From Leptolyngbyaceae cyanobacterium (GTDB taxonomy: Bacteria > Cyanobacteriota > Cyanobacteriia > Phormidesmidales > Phormidesmidaceae): DNA of 64,000 nt. The notes under the pieces are model-generated. The model was not told the origin of the DNA and ran no database searches. It saw only the letters and a program-made list of their open reading frames with translations. Shown piece after piece: positions 50,410 through 60,362 of this stretch. The stretch covers positions 672,001 to 736,000 of the forward strand of contig CBDHHL010000032.1 in assembly GCA_965263355.1 (NCBI GenBank), in the 5' to 3' direction. Each line of letters starts with the position of its first letter. Positions within the stretch are counted from its first letter, which is position 1. Position numbers and translations under genes: made by a program.

Positions 50410-51954
50410 ATGCGCTGGTTCAACACCGCAGGCCCCTGCCGCCCCAAATATAACTACATGTTGCCGCCGCTAGAGCGACTCCCCAAGGTGCAGCGCATTA
50501 TCAACCAGCAAGGCTACTTCGTCATCCACGCCCCCCGCCAGGTCGGCAAAACCACCGCCATGCTCACCCTGGCCCAGCAGCTCACCGCCAGCGGAGAATA
50601 TACCGCCATCCTACTATCTGTCGAAGTCGGAGCCCCACTTCCCAATGACCTGATTGCTGCCCAGCAAACCATCCTCAAATCCTGGCAAGACGCCATTCGT
50701 GCCTGGTTGCCCCCTGAACTCCATCCCGATTGGTCTGACCTATCTGCCGATAGCCTTCTGAGCACAGCCCTTCAAACCTGGGCAGAATCATCCCCCCGCC
50801 CACTAGTCGTCTTTATAGACGAAATCGACTCCTTACAAGGCGATACCCTACTCAGTATTTTGCGCCAACTGCGAGATGGAGCCTCCCGTCGCCCCAACCA
50901 TTTTCCCCATGCCCTTGCCCTAATTGGCCTGCGGGATGTCCGCGATTATAAAATCGCCTCTGGTGGTAGTGATCGACTCAACACTGCCAGCCCATTTAAT
51001 ATCAAAGTCGCCTCTCTAACTGTTCGTAACTTCACCCAGGCTGAAGTCGCACAACTCTATCAGCAACATACCGACGACACTGGCCAGCAGTTTACCCCAG
51101 ACGCCATTGATCGCGTTTTCGAACTCACCCAAGGCCAACCCTGGCTAATCAATGCCATTGCCAAAGAAATTGTAGAAGAACTTGCCGAAGATCCGGCTAT
51201 AACCATTGATGTAGAACTGATAGATACGGCAAAAGAGATTCTTATTAAGCGCCGCGATACCCACATTGATAGCCTTGCCGAGCGCCTCACGGAACAGCGG
51301 GTGCGAGCCATCATCGAACCAATGTTGTTGGGTCAGCCCCTGGGAAATGTCCCCAACGATGATGTCGAATTTCTGCTCGACCTGGGGGTGTGCCACATTG
51401 ATACTACTGGCAACCTGGCCATTGCTAACCCTATCTATCGAGAGATTTTACCTCGCTTCCTCACCTTTACCACCGAAATCTCCCTCGGTGTGATAACCCC
51501 AAGCTGGTTAACCAATACCGGAAAATTAGACACTGTTGCCCTGCTAGATTCATTTATAACGTTCTGGCGACGCAACGGTCAGCCCTTACTTCAGGGGGTT
51601 GCATACCGAGAGATTGCCCCCCATATTGTGATGATGGCCTTTTTACATCGTGTTGTTAATGGCGGTGGCACACTGGAACGAGAGTATGCCATTGGCTCTG
51701 GTCGCATGGACTTATGCCTGCGCGACGGAGACGTTACCCTGGCGATTGAACTTAAAGTCTGGCGGCAAGGACAGGCTAACCCACTGGAACGTGGTCTGGA
51801 ACAACTGGACCAATATCTAAGCGGTTTGGGGTTAGACAGCGGCTGGCTAGTCATTTTCGACCAGCGTGATAATCAGCCCCCGATGGCAGAGCGAACTAAA
51901 GTTGAGCAAGCTACAACGCATGCAAATCGTTCAGTCACCGTCATTTATGGATAA
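50410..51954 (+). CDS. AAA-like ATPase with C-terminal PD-(D/E)XK-like domain (paralog of 4964..6514)
   Basis: HAPRQVGKTT, FIDEID, REYAIGSGRMDL...IELK; long identical peptides shared with the first copy. Confidence 0.82.
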   Translation: MRWFNTAGPCRPKYNYMLPPLERLPKVQRIINQQGYFVIHAPRQVGKTTAMLTLAQQLTASGEYTAILLSVEVGAPLPNDLIAAQQTILKSWQDAIRAWLPPELHPDWSDLSADSLLSTALQTWAESSPRPLVVFIDEIDSLQGDTLLSILRQLRDGASRRPNHFPHALALIGLRDVRDYKIASGGSDRLNTASPFNIKVASLTVRNFTQAEVAQLYQQHTDDTGQQFTPDAIDRVFELTQGQPWLINAIAKEIVEELAEDPAITIDVELIDTAKEILIKRRDTHIDSLAERLTEQRVRAIIEPMLLGQPLGNVPNDDVEFLLDLGVCHIDTTGNLAIANPIYREILPRFLTFTTEISLGVITPSWLTNTGKLDTVALLDSFITFWRRNGQPLLQGVAYREIAPHIVMMAFLHRVVNGGGTLEREYAIGSGRMDLCLRDGDVTLAIELKVWRQGQANPLERGLEQLDQYLSGLGLDSGWLVIFDQRDNQPPMAERTKVEQATTHANRSVTVIYG

Positions 51955-52077
51955 ACGCAAAGCCCGTAGAATGCATCACGACGTATAATCAACTCCGACA
52001 TCTCCCACCAGAGCAATACATCACAACAAAATCCACAGAATTATCAACCCAGAGTAGTTCATCTTTCCATAAAATTT

Positions 52078-52108
52078 GGTGCGTTACGCTTTGCTTACGG
52101 CACCCTAC
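52078..52108. repeat. REP-like palindrome between convergent genes
   Basis: GGTGCGTTACGC...TTACGGCACC-CTAC (GTAG-footed on the minus strand). Confidence 0.5.
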
Positions 52109-52893
52109 AGAATCTGGGATAGGAACTTCTGGGAGCGCTCCTCTTGAGGGTTATTAAAGAACTCATCCGGTGTATTCTCTTCCACCAGCACCCCCGCATC
52201 CATTAGCACCACCCGATCAGCCACCTCACGGGCAAAACCCACCTCGTGAGTTACACATACCATAGTCATACCTGTATCTGCCAGACCTCGCATTACATCA
52301 AGCACCTCCCGCACCATTTCAGGGTCAAGCGCAGACGTAGGCTCATCAAATAGCATGATTTTGGGCTGCATCGCCAAGGATCGGGCAATAGCCACCCGCT
52401 GCTGCTGACCACCAGACAGCTGCCCCGGAAACTTATTCGCCTGCTCCAAAATGCCCACCCGCTCTAACAGCTGCATCGCAATTTCTTCCGCTTCCCGCTT
52501 TTTTTGCTTGCGCACCCAAATCGGAGCCAGCGTCACATTCTGCAATACCGTCAGATGAGGGAACAAATTAAACTGCTGGAACACCATACCCACTTCACGA
52601 CGAATTTCTTCGATATTCTTCAGGTCGTGGGAAATCTCGATACCATCAATGACAATGCTGCCCTTTTGATAAGGCTCCAGAGCATTAAACGTACGGATAA
52701 AGGTGGACTTACCAGAACCCGAAGGCCCCATCACCACCACCACTTCACCTTTAAACACATCCAGGCTCACACCCTTGAGCACATTAAAGCCATTGTCATA
52801 CCACTTCTCGACATCAGTGGCCACAATTACGGCCTCACTACCGACGGAGCCGCCGTTGGAATGATTGGTCACAGACATATCCACTTGAGTCAT
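52105..52893 (-). CDS. Polar amino acid ABC transporter ATP-binding subunit (AapP/GlnQ type)
   Basis: [29 protein letters not shown]. Confidence 0.95.
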   Translation of the reverse strand: MTQVDMSVTNHSNGGSVGSEAVIVATDVEKWYDNGFNVLKGVSLDVFKGEVVVVMGPSGSGKSTFIRTFNALEPYQKGSIVIDGIEISHDLKNIEEIRREVGMVFQQFNLFPHLTVLQNVTLAPIWVRKQKKREAEEIAMQLLERVGILEQANKFPGQLSGGQQQRVAIARSLAMQPKIMLFDEPTSALDPEMVREVLDVMRGLADTGMTMVCVTHEVGFAREVADRVVLMDAGVLVEENTPDEFFNNPQEERSQKFLSQIL

Positions 52894-53037
52894 CGTTCAG
52901 GTTCCTAATGGTGGGGCAACACCCCAGAACTATTTTGGCATTTGTAACCCGTAGCGCTGTTATAGACGACACGGGATTTAACATCGAACTAAAGGATTAG
53001 TAGGTAAATAAATTATCAACGTGAAGTATTTTGTAGA

Positions 53038-53106
53038 ACCTCCTCCCCTTACGTTGGCGAAGCCTATCTGAAAGACGTAGGGGAGAGGTGCCGTAGGCGA
53101 AGAGGG
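53038..53106. repeat. Cyanobacterial short dispersed palindromic repeat
   Basis: CCTCCTCCCCTTACG...CGTAGGGGAGAGGTGCCGTAGGCG..GAGGG resembles common intergenic repeats of filamentous cyanobacteria. Confidence 0.55.
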
Positions 53107-54702
53107 CTAACGTCCAGTATGTAGCGCCCGCTCAATCCGGCGACTGCCTAAGGACATGGCATAGCAGAAGAACCAGTAGAGCATGGCAATAAAGAGATAT
53201 ACCTCGGCATAATCTCCTAAATATTTGGGGTTGGCCAAGATACTGTTACTAATACCCAACAGCTCTACTAGACCGACAATCCCTAACAGAGTGGTGTCTT
53301 GGAAGAGACTAATAAACTGACCCACAATGGCTGGAATCGCAATTTTTAGTGCCTGGGGCAATACGATTAAAGACAACGTCAGGGGATTATTCAGACCTAA
53401 AGAGGCCGCTGCTTCCACCTGCCCACGCGGGATGGCCTGTAAACCAGCTCGCACATTCTCCGCGAGATAAGCCGAACTAAATAGGGTAAGGCCCACAATA
53501 GCCCGGACAATATTGTCGGGGCGCACCCCTTCCGGCAGAAATAATGGGATCATCACCTGCCCCATAAACAAAATCGAAATCAACGGCACACCGCGAATTA
53601 ACTCGATATAGGCAACGGACAATCCTTTGATAATGGGCAAATTGCTACGTCGTCCCAGGGCCATAAGTATGCCAATGGGAAAACATAGGGCAATACCGGT
53701 AATGGCTAAAAACAACGTCAGGGTTAAACCGCCCCAGTTATTGGTACCAATGGGCTCAAACCCAAAGAAACCACCAATAACATCCAAACCAGCACTAATG
53801 ACAAAACACCCTAGACCAAACAGAAGAGCGGCCATCACAAATGTGGTTAAGGTCCGACGCTCTGCCAGGATTGGCACTAGCAACGACACAAAAGCTATGT
53901 ACGTGACCACTGTGACAATCTTGAGCAGCAACGGCACATTCAAAAACCCGTACACGGGCAAGAACAGCGCTACGCTACCCGCAAACCAGAGCACCCGCAT
54001 CGCCCAAATGCCAATAATATTTTGACTCACCCCATCAATAATTGAAGAATTGGCCAACAGATTGAGTACAGTGGACGCTAGCCAAATGCTTGCTGCAATG
54101 GTGAGCACGATAAACAACAAACTGTTGCGAATATCTCCCCCCGCCAAAATCAGCAACGAAATGGAATAAATAAAAAACCAACCGGCTGCTAGAAATTGAC
54201 TGAGGTTGAGCTTACGCTGACCCAGGGTCTTACCGCCCCAGGCACAGGCCAACGCCAGTATCACTAAACCAATTAAGGTAATGGCCGATGGCCGCGTCAG
54301 GGGAAAAATGATCAGCCCCGCACAGATAATGGCCACTGCAATTAAAATATTGCGACCAAATAGGGTGGCTTGATTTCGTGCTAATAGCCCCCAGGTAAAG
54401 CCACCCATGGCTACATTGACGCCTAGAATGGCCCAAATCCGTGAATAGATCTCCGAGGGATACAGCCCTGACATAAACAGCGCCAGGTTATTGGGAATAA
54501 CGGCCCACTCGGCCACACGAAAGGCCCAATTCAACATGCCCCAAACGGCGAGCAACATGATGCCAGCCAGAATGACTGTCAGCAACCCGTTATACCAGGT
54601 ATTAAATAGATGCTTTCGCAACCAGGCAACTGGCCCTGACTGGGCAATGGGTGGAGGACTGGCTTCGACTACTAAAGGTGAATTAGGTGATGTCGTTGTC
54701 AT
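53107..54702 (-). CDS. Amino acid ABC transporter permease (NatH/AapM type), extended
   Basis: WLRKHLFNTWYN, IELIRGVPLI, AENVRAGLQAIPRGQVEAA EAA loop. Confidence 0.9.
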   Translation of the reverse strand: MTTTSPNSPLVVEASPPPIAQSGPVAWLRKHLFNTWYNGLLTVILAGIMLLAVWGMLNWAFRVAEWAVIPNNLALFMSGLYPSEIYSRIWAILGVNVAMGGFTWGLLARNQATLFGRNILIAVAIICAGLIIFPLTRPSAITLIGLVILALACAWGGKTLGQRKLNLSQFLAAGWFFIYSISLLILAGGDIRNSLLFIVLTIAASIWLASTVLNLLANSSIIDGVSQNIIGIWAMRVLWFAGSVALFLPVYGFLNVPLLLKIVTVVTYIAFVSLLVPILAERRTLTTFVMAALLFGLGCFVISAGLDVIGGFFGFEPIGTNNWGGLTLTLFLAITGIALCFPIGILMALGRRSNLPIIKGLSVAYIELIRGVPLISILFMGQVMIPLFLPEGVRPDNIVRAIVGLTLFSSAYLAENVRAGLQAIPRGQVEAAASLGLNNPLTLSLIVLPQALKIAIPAIVGQFISLFQDTTLLGIVGLVELLGISNSILANPKYLGDYAEVYLFIAMLYWFFCYAMSLGSRRIERALHTGR

Positions 54703-54707
54703 CGCCC

Positions 54708-56156
54708 CTACCGCTCCTTAAACTGCACAGCATTGTTGAGTTGGTTCATGTTGACTGAAATCAGCAGGTTGATGATTAAATAGGTAGCCATCATCAACAG
54801 AAAGACTTCCACCGGTCGGCCTGTTTGGTTAAACGTGGTATTGGCTACAGAGTAGAGGTCAGGATAACCAATGGCCAGGGCCAGACTGGAGTTCTTGGCC
54901 AGGTTAGCAAATTCACTATTGAGCGGCGGGATAATTACTCGCAAGGCTTGGGGAAAGACCACCATCCGCATGGCCAGACCAGAGGACAACCCTAGGGAAC
55001 GAGCGGCTTCCCACTGCCCTTGGGATACGGATTGAATGCCAGCCCGGACAATCTCGGCAATAAAGGCCCCGGTGTAGAAGGTGAGACCACAGACAATGGC
55101 TGAGTATTCTAATGAGAGCTTGAGACCACCGGTTACCCCACCGGTAAAGGTGCCGTCATCTTTCATGGCAACAACAGGCCCTTGCCAACCGAGGGCAAAT
55201 AGGAAGATGGCCACACCGAAGAGGAGGAGGAGTGCGATCGCACCCAACTGCAACTGCCCCGACTGCCCTTGCTCCACAATCACCTTTGTACGCCAGCGAG
55301 CCAACAGCACCAACGGAATGATCATCACTAGCAACACCAACACCCACAGCCCTTGGGAACTGGATAGAAAAGACGGTAAGGCACCCTTAAAATACACGCC
55401 CTTGCCTGAATTCCAATTCAAGAGTAAGAAAAACTCAGCCACCAACAACACCGGCAGCAAAATCAGGCTCAACCCATAGTTAAGCAGTGACCCAAGCCCT
55501 CCTCGATAACCACCATAGCGCACCACATTCACTGACCGAATAAATAAGCCAGCCAAGAGTAACGATACCGCCAACAAAATTAACCCGGTCCAGGTGGACA
55601 CATCAAATGAAGGGCCTAGCATGTAAACGCCCTTTTTGCTCACCACCAGCCAACTCGTATCCGTATTTGGAAACACAAACGGACTTTTTGGAGCAGGAAA
55701 GCTAAAGAAAACCGCCAAGTACCAGAAAAACAACTGCAGCAAGAGCGGTACGTTGCGCACCAGACCAACATAGGCCCGACTAATTTTGTAGAGCAGCCAA
55801 TTATCCGAGAAACTAGCCACCCCAGCCGTAATGCCAACTGTAGTTGCCAAAATCACACCTACAATCATCACTCGCAGAGAGTTGATGATACCCACCTGAA
55901 TCACCTTAGTGTAGGTATCTTGCGCCTTATAGTCCAAAAGGCTTTCACCAATCCCAAATCCGGCTGAATTCTTGAGAAAACCAAACCCAAACTTGATACC
56001 TCTACCCAGCATATTGTCGTTAAGTGTGGCCGAGAAATGCCAGAGCAAATCCACCACAAACAACACAATCAATGCCTGGAAAGCTATCTTCCAAAATCGT
56101 TCGTCACGGAGTAGGGATTGAATACCAGAAATTGGACTACTACTTCGACTAGCCAT
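54708..56156 (-). CDS. Amino acid ABC transporter permease (NatG/AapQ type), extended
   Basis: RNVPLLLQLFFWY, AEIVRAGIQSVSQGQWEAA, KNSSLALAIGYPD. Confidence 0.9.
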   Translation of the reverse strand: MASRSSSPISGIQSLLRDERFWKIAFQALIVLFVVDLLWHFSATLNDNMLGRGIKFGFGFLKNSAGFGIGESLLDYKAQDTYTKVIQVGIINSLRVMIVGVILATTVGITAGVASFSDNWLLYKISRAYVGLVRNVPLLLQLFFWYLAVFFSFPAPKSPFVFPNTDTSWLVVSKKGVYMLGPSFDVSTWTGLILLAVSLLLAGLFIRSVNVVRYGGYRGGLGSLLNYGLSLILLPVLLVAEFFLLLNWNSGKGVYFKGALPSFLSSSQGLWVLVLLVMIIPLVLLARWRTKVIVEQGQSGQLQLGAIALLLLFGVAIFLFALGWQGPVVAMKDDGTFTGGVTGGLKLSLEYSAIVCGLTFYTGAFIAEIVRAGIQSVSQGQWEAARSLGLSSGLAMRMVVFPQALRVIIPPLNSEFANLAKNSSLALAIGYPDLYSVANTTFNQTGRPVEVFLLMMATYLIINLLISVNMNQLNNAVQFKER

Positions 56157-56415
56157 AGCAAACAGATATCAAGACACCTAGCAAAGGGAAATCATGGCAA
56201 CCATCATAAAGTTGCGATGATAGGAGATTCTAGTCTTTTTCGCCCAAGCGATTAAAACTGTTAGTAAACGTAATGTAATTCCCTGGGACTTGCAGTGCGA
56301 TGCACTACCGTCGGCCATGTATTTCTCAATAAAAATAGGGGCCTAAACCAGACCCCTAAAAAGCAATTCAATGGTACCGAAACGCCATTACTTGCTCAAT
56401 CACTTAACCAATGAC

Positions 56416-57510
56416 TTAACGGAAAGGAGGTGCATACATTAGGCCACCCTCAGTCCATAGGGCATTTTGCCCACGATCCAATTCAAACTGAGACTCTTTA
56501 CCCAAGTTGCGCTCAAAGACCTCACCGTAGTTACCTACATGCTTAATGGCACGCAACATAAAGTCGTTGGGCAGTCCCATATCAGTACCGAGAGTACCTT
56601 CAGCACCGACAAAGCGTAGGATATTGGGATCTTCGCTACTAGTAGCTGCTTCAATGGTGCCAGACGTCAAGCCAAACTCTTCAGCTTGAATTAGACCGTA
56701 GGTTACCCACTTCACAGTATCAAACCAAGCGGAGTCATTGTTGATAGTCACAGGGCCCAAAGGCTCCTTAGACATAGTTACTTCCAAGAGAATGTGAGCA
56801 CCAGGTTCGCTTAAGGTGCTACGACGAGCAATTAGCTGAGACTTGTCAGAGGTCATTCCCTCACAACGACCCTCTTCATAAGCCTGATAAGCTGCATCCG
56901 CATCCTGGAAGACTACGGGCTCAAAGCTAACGCCACGCTGACGGAACTGGTCAGTCAAGTTCAGCTCAGTAGTGGTCCCAGTTTCAACACAAATAGATAG
57001 GCCTTCCATATCTTCCAGCGTTTCAACACCGCTGTCAGCACGCACCATCATGCCCTGGCCATCAAAGAATGTGGTAGGTGCAAACTCCATACCTACAGAC
57101 GTGTCACGGCTAATGGTCCAAGTAGTGTTACGGGAGAGCATATCCACCTCACCACCTTTGAGTGCCTCAAAGCGTTCAGTGGAATCTAAACGGCGATACT
57201 CAACTGCGTCAGGATCATCAAATAAAGCAGCTGCTACAGCCTTACAGACATCTACGTCTAGACCAGAGTAAGTACCGCTCTCGTCAACAAAGCTAAATCC
57301 AGGAATACCACCGTCAACACCGCAGTTTAGGGTGCCACGACTAAGAACAGTTTCCAAACGACTACCGCCGCCAACGGCACTAGCCACTGTATCGACGGCA
57401 TCACCAGCCGCATCAGTAGCCGTATCAACAGCTTCTTGAGCACCACCGCAGGCTGCTAATGGTAAAGCAACAGCGAGAAACACCGCTAATGAAAGACCCC
57501 TTTTTGCCAT
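56416..57510 (-). CDS. Amino acid ABC transporter substrate-binding lipoprotein (NatF/AapJ type)
   Basis: Lipobox LAAC, LSRNTTWTISRD, MSKEPLGP, VGNYGEVFERN, YAPPFR; ATG 57510 with GAGG RBS. Confidence 0.93.
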   Translation of the reverse strand: MAKRGLSLAVFLAVALPLAACGGAQEAVDTATDAAGDAVDTVASAVGGGSRLETVLSRGTLNCGVDGGIPGFSFVDESGTYSGLDVDVCKAVAAALFDDPDAVEYRRLDSTERFEALKGGEVDMLSRNTTWTISRDTSVGMEFAPTTFFDGQGMMVRADSGVETLEDMEGLSICVETGTTTELNLTDQFRQRGVSFEPVVFQDADAAYQAYEEGRCEGMTSDKSQLIARRSTLSEPGAHILLEVTMSKEPLGPVTINNDSAWFDTVKWVTYGLIQAEEFGLTSGTIEAATSSEDPNILRFVGAEGTLGTDMGLPNDFMLRAIKHVGNYGEVFERNLGKESQFELDRGQNALWTEGGLMYAPPFR

Positions 57511-57767
57511 AGTTACCTCACACACTCCATTAAGACAGATCAAACCGGACTAATCTAATCAGCCATTGCCTCTAACCAAGAACCAAAGCCATGCTTAGAA
57601 TTTAAAGCATGGAATTTGAAACTACGGCAGAATAGGCTGCACATCCTAGGCTGGGATTTATGCATTCTAAGACGATATGTTATCGCCTACCAGAAATTAA
57701 TACGTATAATACGCGGCAGTTAGTATAAGAATATGTGGTCTATAGGGACTGATTTTATTGAGACAGC

Positions 57768-57792
57768 AAGTGATTTGTATCACAAATCACTT
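57768..57792. promoter_or_regulatory. Palindromic operator upstream of the amino acid ABC operon (NtcA/CRP-like)
   Basis: AAGTGATTTGT-atc-ACAAATCACTT; contains GTA-N8-CAC and aGTGA-N6-TCACA. Confidence 0.5.
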
Positions 57793-57963
57793 TTTAGTAA
57801 CTTGAGTAAATCTTAAGACTTGCCTGACGTACCTTACTTAGCTCTATTAAAACCATAGAAATCACGCCGAAACACCACTCACTGTCTTACCCAAACTTTT
57901 GAGCGTGACAAAACTATCGTTGTGGAGGCCCTAGTGCAGCGTCAATGCTAAAAATACGGACCA

Positions 57964-58236
57964 CTAGTCTTGCTGAGCAATGTCGCGAATCAATAGAATT
58001 TTAGAATAGATGTAGTGATTGACCTGAGTCAGTTCGACCGTATCAAGCGGAGATTGATCACTAAGCTGCTCTACTAGCCAATTGGCTAATCCCTGATCGT
58101 CTAGGCTGAGGATATGGTTGCTATGGGCAGCATCAATCACGGACCACAGTTGACGAAGCAGAAAAGGAGACATGTAATTTAATATTTTTTTAACATTCTC
58201 GATTCCATTATCACTGTTACGTGTCAGGGTAGACAT
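57964..58236 (-). CDS. Conserved hypothetical protein
   Basis: LRQLWSVID...L.LDD..L..WL...LIRDIA pattern of a small cyanobacterial family; start may be the internal MSPFLL. Confidence 0.7.
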   Translation of the reverse strand: MSTLTRNSDNGIENVKKILNYMSPFLLRQLWSVIDAAHSNHILSLDDQGLANWLVEQLSDQSPLDTVELTQVNHYIYSKILLIRDIAQQD

Positions 58237-58295
58237 TTAATTTTTGACAAGTTTTCTCACGTGTATCATGGCTTTTCTCAGAATAGGTCCCTGTA

Positions 58296-59504
58296 ATGCG
58301 GCTGCTTTGTATTAGTAACGGGCACGGAGAAGATTTGATCGCTAGCAGAATTTTGCAAGCGCTGCAGGCGCTATTGCCCCATTTACAGATCGCAGCTCTC
58401 CCCATTGTGGGGGAGGGACGACAGTACCAAAAATTAGGGATTGAAATTATTTGCCCAACCAAGCAAATGCCCTCTGGTGGCTTTATCTATATGGATAGCC
58501 AACAATTAGCTCGCGATTTAAGGGGAGGGCTATTGCAACTAACCATGGCTCAGCTGCGGGCCATGAGCCAATGGCTACAGGCAGATGATGTTGTGCTGGC
58601 AGTGGGGGATATTGTGCCACTGATCTTTGGTTGGCTCAGCCGCTGTGCCTATGGGTTTGTCGGTACAGCTAAATCTGAATACCATGTACGGGATGAACAG
58701 GGCCATTGTTTAGATCGGCCTACATGGTTGGATGTTTTGAATTTTCAGCGGACCTGTGTTTACATGCCCTGGGAACGTTGGTTAATGCAACGTAGCTGCT
58801 GTGTATTCCCTCGGGATGGCATAACAACTCAACATCTAAAACAGTGGGCAGTCAATGCCTATGATGCGGGTAATCCGATGATGGATGGGTTTGAGATCGC
58901 AGCCAGCCCAAAAGCCGTCAACCCACAAGGCCTGACCATCCTGTTATTGCCAGGCTCACGGGCACCGGAAGCCTATGAAAATTGGCAACGGTTACTCCAG
59001 GCGGCTAACAACATTACGCACCATCGCCCGGAAACGATGACCTTTTTGGTCGCTGCAGCCCCTAGCCTAGACTTAGCGCAGCTGGCCGATGCACTGACCG
59101 GCTCTGGTTGGCAACTGGTCGATAAGCACTATCAACGAGGTCAAGATAGCCTGTGCATCGATCAAGGGGCATTTGTAGACTATGTGCACCGAGCAAACGT
59201 TGCGATCGCAACCGCAGGCACTGCTACGGAGCAATTTGTTGGTTTAGGCAAACCTGTACTCACCCTGCCAGGCAATGGTCCTCAATTTACCCTCAGTTTT
59301 GCCCAAGCGCAGGCTCGCCACCTTGGTCCATCCGTCACCTTGGTGCAGCATCCCAATCAAATCCACCAAGCCCTCGCTGCGATCTTAAACGACCCAGCAC
59401 AGCAGGAGCTAATTTATCAGAATGGTCTCCATCGAATGGGACCGCCAGGAGCAGGACAACGTATTGCTGAAATTTTGATTGACACCCTATTGGCGACCCC
59501 GTAG
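58296..59504 (+). CDS. Lipid-A-disaccharide synthase-related glycosyltransferase
   Basis: SNGHGED, LPIVGEG, PSGGF, GNPMMDG, LLPGSRAPEA, AGTATEQFVGLGKP. Confidence 0.9.
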   Translation: MRLLCISNGHGEDLIASRILQALQALLPHLQIAALPIVGEGRQYQKLGIEIICPTKQMPSGGFIYMDSQQLARDLRGGLLQLTMAQLRAMSQWLQADDVVLAVGDIVPLIFGWLSRCAYGFVGTAKSEYHVRDEQGHCLDRPTWLDVLNFQRTCVYMPWERWLMQRSCCVFPRDGITTQHLKQWAVNAYDAGNPMMDGFEIAASPKAVNPQGLTILLLPGSRAPEAYENWQRLLQAANNITHHRPETMTFLVAAAPSLDLAQLADALTGSGWQLVDKHYQRGQDSLCIDQGAFVDYVHRANVAIATAGTATEQFVGLGKPVLTLPGNGPQFTLSFAQAQARHLGPSVTLVQHPNQIHQALAAILNDPAQQELIYQNGLHRMGPPGAGQRIAEILIDTLLATP

Positions 59505-59533
59505 GGAAGCATCACACTAGGCCCCTACGGGGT
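59496..59533. terminator. Inverted repeat between convergent genes
   Basis: ACCCCGTAGGG ... CCCTACGGGGT, 11-bp arms. Confidence 0.55.
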
Positions 59534-59546
59534 ATATACTGCGTCC

Positions 59547-60074
59547 TTACGTTAAAACAACACTCGCCGCCTGAGCCTTCAAATACTCTGTATTCACGCC
59601 AGACTCACGGGTTAGGGCAATTTTGCCAGTCCTGGCAATCTCACGTACACCAAAGCGGTCTAGTACCTGGACAATTGCCACCATTTTACCTGGATCGCCT
59701 ACCACTTCTATGGTGAGGGAATCATCCGAAACATCCACCACCCTGGCCCGAAAAATTTGGGCAAAGTTGATAATCTCTGGTCGTGTGCTGCTGTTGGCAT
59801 TGACCTTAAGCAACATTAACTCGCGCTCAACACAGGGTTTTTCCGTAATGTCATTCACCTTGAGCACATTAATCAACTTGTAAAGCTGCTTTGTTAATTG
59901 TTCAATCACACTATCATCCCCCGGAACCACCATCGTGATGCGGGAAATACCTGTCTGTTCAGCAGGACCGACAGCAAGACTCTCGATATTAAATCCACGA
60001 CGAGCAAATAATCCGGCAATTCGGGTCAAAACGCCTGCTTCGTCTTCGACCAAAACAGAAAGGGTGTGTTTCAT
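59547..60074 (-). CDS. ilvN: Acetolactate synthase small (regulatory) subunit
   Basis: [39 protein letters not shown] domain; start 60074. Confidence 0.96.
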   Translation of the reverse strand: MKHTLSVLVEDEAGVLTRIAGLFARRGFNIESLAVGPAEQTGISRITMVVPGDDSVIEQLTKQLYKLINVLKVNDITEKPCVERELMLLKVNANSSTRPEIINFAQIFRARVVDVSDDSLTIEVVGDPGKMVAIVQVLDRFGVREIARTGKIALTRESGVNTEYLKAQAASVVLT

Positions 60075-60362
60075 GGGAGGAACAGTGATGGATGGCCCAT
60101 TAAATGATGGGTGGCTAATTATTTTATTCCAGAAGTCCAACTTCTGATCAATATTTTTGACGCAGTACACGTATCTACATCTCGTCTCCTGGTTTCTACA
60201 ATGCAAACAGTTCTATCTAGACGACGGGGGTGAGATAAACATCCCGAAATTGAGAACAGCCCGAGAAAGTTTTTATACAAGCAGACAGTTAAACAACGGG
60301 CTTTCCAACACAAAGCACAACACAAGCGTCGTTCATCCACTCCACCAGAAAATACGAATATC

